Part shown: in pieces, positions 54,402-64,000 of the stretch
Position numbering within the stretch: position 1 is the first letter of the stretch
Layout of the letters: the number at the start of each line of letters is the position of its first letter
Assembly (NCBI GenBank): GCA_951406725.2
Contig: OX597819.1
Location: 102,734,001-102,798,000, forward strand
DNA length: 64,000 bases
Source: Octopus vulgaris
Lineage: Eukaryota
Direction of reading: 5' to 3'
Translations under genes and position numbers: made by a program
The notes under the pieces: model-generated
Database searches by the model: none
Told to the model about the DNA's origin: nothing
Seen by the model: only the letters and a program-made list of their open reading frames with translations

Positions 54402-54800
54402 GGCGCAGAAGTGGCTGTATGTTAAGTAGATTACTTACCAACCACATGGTTCAGGGTTCAGTCCCACTGCGTAGCAACTTAGGCAAGTGTCTTCTATTCT
54501 AGCCTCGGGTCGACCAAAGCCTTGTGAGTGGATTTGGTAGGCAGAAACTGAAAGAAGCCCGTCGTATATATGTATATGTATATATATGTATGTGTGTTTG
54601 CGTGTCTGTGTTTGCCTCCCTCCAACATCGCTTGACAACCGATGCTGGTGTGTTTACGCCACCGTAACTTAGCGGTTCGGCAAAATAGACAGATAGAATA
54701 AGTACTAGGCTTACAAAGAATAATCCTGTGGGTCGATTATTCGACTAAATGCTCCAGCATGGCCGCATTCAAATGACTGAAACAAGTGAAAGAGTAACGA
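54402..54800 (+). mobile_element. SINE family B, full length
   Basis: Collinear with 5060-5480. Confidence 0.88.
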
Positions 54801-55191
54801 GTATATGAAATTTAAACAATTACCTTACTTACGATTATCAATACAATAAAGGAAAAAGCTGATTATTCATTTGTTGGGATTATGTAATTTTAAATAAAGA
54901 AAAAAGCAATTATTAAAGACTTCATAATCTTGAAAATTCTTAAAAGTGACTGCCCGGTAACGATTTTTTCTGCAATATACGGATTGTTTTTCCTGTTCGT
55001 GCTATTGTATTAGCATTATCATGCGTTTGAGAATAAATTAGTTCTGTATCTTTTAAAAATTTATATTTTGATATATTTTTAACAAGATATGGGCTTTAGG
55101 TTTCTTTTCAAACAATTAATTTTAATTAAATGAGCACAGTTTTAAAAAATTGAACTGCTGGGTAATATTGTAAGATTATAAATATACAATC

Positions 55192-55300
55192 TGTTTGAAT
55201 GCTCTACCATTTAGAGCTAAGCTGTCAGGCGGCTTAGCTTAAATAGTAGAGCATTCCAACAGTATATTGGAGGGGTGTGAGTTCGATCTTAATGGCTGGC
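55192..55300 (+). other. tRNA-like head preceded by an inverted duplication of its own 5' end
   Basis: 55192-55224 pairs with 55230-55261. GGCGGCTTAGCTTAAATAGTAGAGC is A-box-like and GAGTTCGATC is B-box-like. Confidence 0.55.
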
Positions 55301-55321
55301 TGCCTGCCGACAAATTTTATA

Positions 55322-55528
55322 GGCGTTGGAGTGGCTGTGTGGTAAGTAGCTTGCTTACCAACCACATGGTTCTGGGCTCAGTCCCACTGAATGGCACCTT
55401 GGGCAAGTGCCTTCTACTATAGCCTCGGGCAGACCAAAGCCTTGTGAATGGATTTGGTAGACGGAAACTGAAAGAAGCTTGTCGTATATATATGTATGTA
55501 TGTGTATACGTTTGTGTGTCTGTGTTTG
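55322..55528 (+). mobile_element. SINE family B, 5' half
   Basis: Collinear with the 5060-5290 head. Confidence 0.85.
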
Positions 55529-57186
55529 TAACCCCAACTTTGATTTACACACGTCCATCTAACGCGCGCGCATGCACGAATTCTCTTCCTCTCTCACTCT
55601 CTCTCTCCCTCATACACACATACGCAATCAAACACAGACGTACTCAGATATTTACGATCACACACAGAAAACACATTTTATTTGCCAACAAAATGGCGAA
55701 CATTTGGTAAAGGATTTGAAAGAGGAAGCTGAAATCGTGTTCTATGAAAACGATTTCATCCTTGCCGTCTCACCTTCCTTTATCTGAACGAGATTACTAG
55801 TTACAGGGAGGTCAGTCGAATAGGACTTGGGGATAATCTGCTATCCCTACATCGGTATAATTTGCAAGAAAAAGTAAAAAGAGAAAATCAAAGGTGCGAT
55901 TGTTGGAATATCTGCATTGTATGATATACGCCTTAGAATACGGTCACATGATGTCCGCTATTTCTAGTATAATAGTCGACCATGTAAAGGATAGATTACT
56001 TTTGAGTTGGTTTAAAAGAAAGGGATTAAGACTGCAATAAAATAAGGAAAGATATATTTACTGAGCTTGTGAGTGCTATTAGACGAATAAAAGATACAAT
56101 GGAAGATTAGATGTAACTTACCAGAAAAATTACACAAATTGAGAATCAAAAGAATACATAGCATTTCATGGCCAACAGAAACCAAACCACATGTTAGGTG
56201 AACTTTCTGCTAGTACGTTTAATAAATACATGTGTAGCCTCGTTGTAACGCTGTAGATAACTCAATGAGCTTATAGCAGACCGGATACGTGAAGTCAAAA
56301 TGAACCAGTTAACGATTAGTTTCGAATTTTGTTACCGCTTATTGTTCGGCTGAAAGACTTATAGTTCAGCCACCACGTCAAATTTTCACGGTGGAACTTG
56401 TTGTTGTGACCCGCTTCGGTCATAAATGACCATGGGATTGCACCCAGAAAGTTACCCTCCGAGGCATAAGTCACGGCAAAGTTGGTTATGGAAGACCAGC
56501 AGTCACCCACACACACCAGCCTCCCCTCTCCACGCCACCGATGTTATCCAAGCGAAAGGCAAAGGCCGATACAGCTTGGCAACAGTGACGTCGCATCTCA
56601 TTTATTAATGTGCAAGTGGCTGAGTTCTCCACAGATACGTGTACCCTTAACGTAGTTCTCGGGGATATTCAGCGTGACACAGATTGTGACAAGGCAGGCT
56701 CTTGGAACTACTGATACAACAGAAACAGGAAGAAAGGGTGAGAGAAATTTGTGGTGAAAGAGTACAGCAGGGTTCACCACCACCCCTTGCTGGAGCCTCG
56801 TGGAGCTTTAGGTGTTTTCGCTCAATAACAGTAGAACTAAACATAAGTTTATTACATGTGTGATCGTAAATTTTGATTACAATTTTTGTATGTCATAAAA
56901 AATACAATATAATATAACTCAGTATAACAAAATAAATATATGATATAATTTGATATAATAAAGGGACCATAACAAATCTGATATAAATTTTATATAAAGT
57001 AATATAATATGATACGTAAAAGCAGTTGCCATTCTCCAGTTACCCACGAACATACGTTATTGATGCGTTATACGAAGTGCTCTCTGTATCTAAGAAATGA
57101 AAGAACTCGGGTCTGAATTGACACTGACCAGGTATGTGTCTCTATATTCATGTATAGACACACTTACCCTCACACGTAGCCACGCA

Positions 57187-57250
<64 letters not shown>

Positions 57251-58585
57251 CACACAAATTTTCAAAGTCCTTCAAAGAATGAGAGAGTGACAACCATATA
57301 AAAGAAGGGGAGAGGTTGAAAGAGAGAAAATGTTCAGACAAGAAACAGAAGGAAACCATTCTACTCATTGACTACTTCCTTACCGGCCCCAGATGGAAGA
57401 AATCTTTGTCATCAAGAGTATTGGAACTCAGAGTGCAGAGAGGTAGGCCCGTTAACTACACGGCCTATTATATGAACCGGTAGCCTTATATTTCTGTCAT
57501 TTTCACCGTTTACATGTGGACATGTAAGCACACACATATGCATTTACACATACACAGGTATATAATATATAACATACCTATATTTCTATTTCATACACAA
57601 AGGTATACATACATGCATACACACAAAGACGCGCACACATATATACATATATATATATTTCTTTTAATATATTTCTTTTAGTATATATATATGTATGTAT
57701 GTATATGTCCGTGTATGTCTGCATCTGTGTGTGTATGAACGTTTGTGTGATACATATCTGTACGTCCATGCGTATGCATATACATATATATATGCCGACA
57801 CACACATGCATACACACATGCGCGCGTAAATATATGTATGAAAAAAACATCCATACACACACATGCATGCAGACATACATAGGACATAGGCACACATACA
57901 TTCAAACTTCCACATACACACTCACATACACATACACAGAAATGGAGGGTATGGCCTACATCGAGTTATTTTCTTTACTTTCATATAAATCCCAACCCAA
58001 TTAGCTACAAAGTTTTTCATTTCAGAATGTGATAAAGTAGTATTTGGTTGATGAGTGAACAACGAACGAAGATATCAATACGGTTTCTTTTCCAGGATAT
58101 ATGATCCTTCATCATTTTCACCATCTCCATCCCTCGCTTTACTTCGTTTTCCTTCCTTTTCACTTTCTGACTCCACTTTATCTGTTGCTCATTTTTCTGT
58201 CTCTCCATCTGTAGTTGAGTTTCAAAGAATATCTTATTTTCTGGGGTTTGATACTTTGGGAAACATCGGAGATCAAGAAGTTTAAAGATCGGGAGCTCAG
58301 GAACTGTAATATTTGTGCTATAGGGTATTTTACAGCTGATATGCTTTTTCTAGACACTGTTTTCTTAAGGTTCGCTAAAGAAGAAAAAAATAGAATTACT
58401 ACAGAGAAGACTTTTCCTATTTTACCCAATGATATAATTATGTATGAATCCACACATGTACACACACACACGCACACAAACACACACACACACACACGTA
58501 CGTACATACATTCATACATATACACATGCATGTATGCATATATGCATTTATACAAATACAGAAAGACAGTGTGTATGCGTCTGTT

Positions 58586-58618
<33 letters not shown>

Positions 58619-58650
58619 GTAGATGTATATACACACACATATATATATAT

Positions 58651-58709
<59 letters not shown>

Positions 58710-58784
58710 TATATGTCCATATATATATATAGGCATATATACTTACATACATATACATATTGCATGTGTACAATTATGGAGTAA

Positions 58785-58815
<31 letters not shown>

Positions 58816-59401
58816 ATGAGAGGGAGAAAAGGAGATAGAGTGAAAGAGAAAGAGAGAGTGAGTGAGTAACTGATGTATATATGCATATATATGTGTATGT
58901 TTGTTAGTAACAAAATCACCCCTTTTTTTAAAATTTTATTCTGTACCTTGTTTTCGGGGCTCTCTGTATCGTGTTTGCTAATCTATACATGATATGCAAA
59001 TGTTTTATGAGACCACATAAGATATAAATAAGATACCTGTTATCTCTCTTTCTCTCTCTATCTCTCTCTCTTTTCACCCCTCTCTCCCCCTGTTTCAGAC
59101 ACTTTTCTCTTTCCCATGTCTCTCACTCCCTTTTTTTATCTTATCTTCATTGAAATATCAATGGAGGTTAAACCACTTTTGAAATTTTGAGTGAAGTGGA
59201 ACAAATTTTCTGGCATTCGGTGCAAAAAGATGTATGTCTTGTTATGGAAGCATTTTGTTCTTTAGTTTTGTTTTGTTATCGTTTTTAAATACTTAGTTTC
59301 TGATATACAGAATGTAATTCCAAAGCCAATATTCTACTAATTTCTTACAGAAGTGTATATGGGTCACTTGTGTATTTTATTTTATTTTTTCTATTTCGTT
59401 C

Positions 59402-59447
<46 letters not shown>

Positions 59448-59449
59448 AA

Positions 59450-59674
59450 GGGCGGCGAGCTAACAAAATCGTTATCTCGCTGTGCGAAATGCTTCGTCCG
59501 TTTTTACGTTCTGAGTTCGAATTCTGCCGCGGTCGACTTTGCCATGTGTGATCGTAAATTTTGGTTACAATTTGGTTTCAGGGTCGATTAAATAAGTACC
59601 AGTTACGTACTAGAGTCGATGTAATCGACTTAATCCCATCCCCCAAGCTGCCTTTGTAGCAAAAACTTGAAATC

Positions 59675-59675
<1 letters not shown>
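59450..59675 (+). mobile_element. SINE family A monomer carrying a 31 bp foreign insert
   Basis: GGCGGCGAGC head, B box and body, interrupted at 59543-59573. Confidence 0.8.
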
Positions 59676-59734
<59 letters not shown>

Positions 59735-59735
59735 T

Positions 59736-60128
59736 TATGTTTGACTTTTGCTTTACATTTGTACAAGTTGGCTCCAAGTTTCACCCAGACTCCTCAAGAG
59801 ACAATAAGTTGGAAGTTCATGATGGTGTTATGCCTAGGGTGCCATATATTTGGTTTTGTACATAGTGTTGGTCTAGAGAATGTTTAAGAAACCATAAGAA
59901 AATTGTGTTTGTTTTAAAACTTGAGATTACATAGAAAGTACATTGCGTAGGTTATGGGCAGTTCCCATGAGCGCTATCTTTTGAATTTCTGCCATTTTGG
60001 GGTTACCTGGTATCTGAGCTAGGTAGAAATCAGCGCCTTTTGCTATCATTCCCAGGGCACCTATGACAATAGGTATTGTTTTAATCTTCAGGTTCCACAT
60101 TTTGCTAATTTCTATTTCAAGATCTTTA
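59736..60128 (-). mobile_element. 5'-truncated R4/Dong-type 3' end inside (ATT)n
   Basis: KDLEIEISKMWNLKIKTIPIVIGALGMIAKG..EIQKIALMGTAHNLRNVLSM* plus UTR, with ATT tracts on both sides. Confidence 0.9.
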
Positions 60129-60183
<55 letters not shown>

Positions 60184-60314
60184 GTTATTATTATTTTGTA
60201 TATCCTCACTGTACACATGTTCCTCAATACCATTTTCAACATAGACACAAACTATCAATCTAGTACCGTTACACTACTTCTTCAGTAACCATCTGTCTCA
60301 CCTAGGACTCGTAA

Positions 60315-60560
60315 TAATCCTTTCTTCTATAGGAAAACGGTTTGATATTTGGTGAAACGGGAATAGTTAATTGCATCGATCCCAGTGCGTGATTGGTACT
60401 AATTTTATTGAACTCGAAAGAAAAAAAAGCAAAATTCAGCTCGACGGAATTAGACAAAATGCCGCTAAGTGTTCTTCCTGTTCATCGCTTTCATAATAAT
60501 AGACACAAGGCCTGAGGTTTTATGGGAGGAAGTCGATTACATCAACCTTAGTATTTAACT
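60315..60560 (-). mobile_element. Degenerate family A SINE fragments (tail-2)
   Basis: AATCCTTTCTTCTATAGG, CATCGATCCCAGTGCG and CACAAGGCCTGA remnants. Confidence 0.55.
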
Positions 60561-60566
60561 GCTACA

Positions 60567-60644
<78 letters not shown>

Positions 60645-62699
60645 CAACAACAACAACAATAATAATAATAATAACTGAGAAGAGCATTGTCACTGAATAT
60701 TCTTTTCTTTTACCCCCTTATTTCAGAATACGTAGCAGACATATTCTGATGCCGAGGGCATCATTCTCCCAACGATCACACAGAAATCATCTGGCTATGC
60801 AGAACAATCAATAGCAACAGCAACAACATCAACAAAACTAACGAGAACGACAACCGCAAAAGTGGGCCAGTGGGGGTACCCTATACGTATTTGCTTGACT
60901 TTTTAGAAAGAGAAATAGTAGCAAAATTCCTCTCAAATGACATAACCAGCGAAGGATTTTATTTCCGTTGTCACCTGTCTCGCTAGAAATATCAGCAAGT
61001 TTTTTCTAAAATAGTATACCCTGCTGTCTTAAAAATGAATACGTTAGGCAATGCAGTGAAGGATACATTACCCCTGAAAAAATTAACGTTGCCAAATCTC
61101 CTACGAATCAATTCCTAACAGGGTAAAATAAGAAGAGTATATTAGGTAAAACACACCTTGATATATTGTGTCCGAAATCAACACAATGTACCTGATTTAC
61201 ATTACAACCGAATCATAATTAAAGGTAAACATAAGTATTCTTCTCTTGCAAGAAGGCAACGGCGGGATTGAACTCAGAACGCAACACACTGGAACAAATA
61301 TCCGGAAGTCATCCTATCCGATCTTCATGCACTTCTGCCAATGCACCGTACATTTATTTATCGACCCCTGATAGGATGAAGGACAAAGTTGTCCCCATCC
61401 AGATTTGATCTCAGAGCAACGAGTTTCAGAACAGATACCGCGACGCAGTCTTTCAAACACTCTCCGACTATTATAAGTGTTATGGCTCTATAATCAAATG
61501 TCTTGCACTTGTGATTGTCCCGTCCCGTGCGACACTTTTATGGATTCGGCACATTTGGATCGTGCAATTTGTTCTAATTTTTGTGGAGCGGGTGGTACAA
61601 AACGCAAGGACTTACCCGGAATTACGTCACTGAGATTATCCATTGTTATTTTCTAACATAGTGCATCTAAGATTTCATTAGTCAATATTTAAATTTTAAG
61701 ATAACAGGGTATGATTTGAGGGGTATTTCATTGATATTTCTAACAGGTGGTACAACCACGTAGAGGTTCACTCGTAGGTTGGCTGATTCTGCCGTTATGA
61801 AAACAGGTCGTTTCGGTGAAGTTTTATATTTAATGAGAATCTATATATACACAGTGTTATCAAATATTTCCCAACACCTGTAATACTTACATTTTATTTG
61901 AACTGTAACAGCTGCAGTAAGACACAGAAATTAATTGCTCCGAATGTTTTCTCTATAAATAATCGGAGAATTTAGACAAAACTACCGACGCTTCAACCAC
62001 AACAACAAACAGAGCAACAACAACAGCAGCACCTATAACAAGAGGAACAAATCTGTAATTTCAGAAATATGTCAATGGGGATTTACATGAATAATTGGTG
62101 ATATCTCACATTGTTACTTGCATACATTGTTTCTGAATGTAATAAAATATATTCTCTTTTCTAGATCGATGTATCTATCAAGTACCACTCAAAATTTCCC
62201 ATATAACTTTGACTTTCTGACTGATGACAAACTAATTTTGTTTCAATATATTGAAGAGAAACTGTTCATTATATTACCTGTGTATATACTAGTGATACTG
62301 GTGATATAACGAATGACTTCGGAAATATGGCATACATTCAATAATTCCAATTTAACTTTTCTGAACTTCCTTGGAGTTTATATAAATCAATACTAATTTT
62401 CAAATGAAAACTATTTTCCCCCTTCAAATACAATCAAATAAAACAAATTTCTATGTATGGTTCCTCCTATAACTGCTGCCATTTAATTCCTCTTCTCTCC
62501 ATCCCCTGATTCTAGGATTCTTTCTCTCTCATTCTGTGTGTGTGTATGTGTGTGTGCGTGTGTATGTGCGTGTCTGCATACAAAAGGATATGTACATGCA
62601 TGCGTATATTCATGCATGTATATACACACATATTTTGTTGCTGAGTCCTGAACCTGAAGAAAAGAGTATTGCCAATGATATGATATTTGCAGGCCCACC

Positions 62700-63560
62700 A
62701 AGACCAGCCAGCTAGATGTCTTAAATGATCCATTTGATTGATGCGGTTCAACACCGATAAGAAACGCAAGAGCAGAGACATGACTTCAGAGAGACAAAAT
62801 TTTAGGGAGAAAGGACAGGGAGTAGTAGTTTCAGCGGAGCTGGAAGCAACGGGGGTGATTATAAGTTGGCGAGGAGAGAGACTGGAATACTCGAGTAGAA
62901 GATGTGCGCGACAAGCTTGCTCTGAAAAGCAGAAACCATTAGAGTAGCGATAAAAAGGGCAGAGAAAGGAGATTACACGATTGAGAGTCAGATATTGGAA
63001 AGTGACTACCAGTGATATAATGCCAAATACTTGAATGGGTTCCTATGGATACGGCCTTGCATGTTTTTGCGACTAGCAACAGCAGAGCCGCAAATGCAAG
63101 AGCAGTAATGTTGTAGGATCCTCAGATAAGAATTGCTGAATATCAGAAATGTTTGGTGAGTGAAATATGTTTTGGCTTTGAAAAAGCGCCAGTATTTATG
63201 ATATGGCCAATCTTTATTGACATGTTTTAAGATATGCTTTCGCCACGAGAGACACTTGGTAATTGCCATGCCTAGTAGTTGGAGCAGTGTTGACACTAGC
63301 TGAATGCCACCTATGTTTAGGAGTATATATTACGGTGGTATTTTGCAGATATGAGTAGTGTTTAGTTTTGCCTTACACTTTTATCTTTATCCTCTGTTAT
63401 TAGACATCAGACAGGAACGGCTCCAAGGATACTCTTCTGGTATGTATTCATAGAACCTATGCAGGCCTGGTGCGTGCTGTCTAAGCTGCATTTAGATATT
63501 ATAAGTCACGTCAACGATACAGTCTAGCCAAGGGCGAGAACACTACGAAAACGAGTTTTT
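62700..63560 (-). mobile_element. Decayed CR1-group LINE, RT C-terminal region
   Basis: ORF 63006-63296 reads LQLLGMAITKCLSWRKHI..FFKAKTYFT..YCSCICG; downstream FYRYSNGFCFSE fits the FYRxxxGxCSxEL motif. Confidence 0.7.
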
Positions 63561-64000
63561 ACAGTAAATATGGTGGATTATTATACATGCATACAGCCAG
63601 GTTTCTAATTATATTTGTGACTACACGGCTACATCGCTTCGTGGATGAGTGCTAATAAGCTGAGGGACTGGATGTCCAGAAGTTTGTGGTTGAACACATA
63701 AATGTTCGTCGGTCTCGCTACCCTGATGTTATCTTAATTAATATACAAGTCATTTTATACATCTTTATTTCATGTATGATTTCCTGCAGTGGCCCATGGT
63801 AACGAATAAAATTGACCCCAATAATCCATTGATAATTACTTTATTGATTGTGATATTACTGTTCTTCGTTGTACTTTATATAAATAATTGTCAAAATAAT
63901 AGGGTTTTAAATCGATGCTTATATTTTAAAATATTAGCAAATTGATATACCTAACAGGATTGACTTGATTACCGCAAATGCAGCGAATTGTCCGAGGCAT

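Overview
AT-rich eukaryotic DNA, not prokaryotic. It is densely filled with microsatellites ((TA)n, (CA)n, (AAT)n, (GAT)n, (GATA)n, (GA)n) and decayed transposable elements. The repeat landscape suggests an octopod cephalopod intron or intergenic region; this is inferred, not proven. I found no confident host gene, and nearly all ORF-track entries are translations of simple repeats. Supported content: two tRNA-derived SINE families in many copies, one existing as monomers with two alternative tails and as a dimer; at least 8 fragments of R4/Dong-type RLE non-LTR retrotransposons, most beside (AAT)n tracts; a Tx1/L1-like 3' end in (GATA)n; RTE-like and CR1-group LINE ends; three mariner remnants; a deleted DUF4817/Tc3-like element; and Helitron/Helentron pieces. 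Two things stand out. First, a near-canonical minimal hammerhead ribozyme at 9414-9459 sits between inverted arms in a ~320 bp element flanked by TA-rich repeats, and several similar foldback or hammerhead-like modules occur elsewhere (Penelope/retrozyme-like). Second, a ~1 kb array at 45.6-46.5 kb has ~26 palindromic cores (GGACTTCCTGGAAAAGTCC) with variable purine spacers and a 222 bp higher-order duplication.
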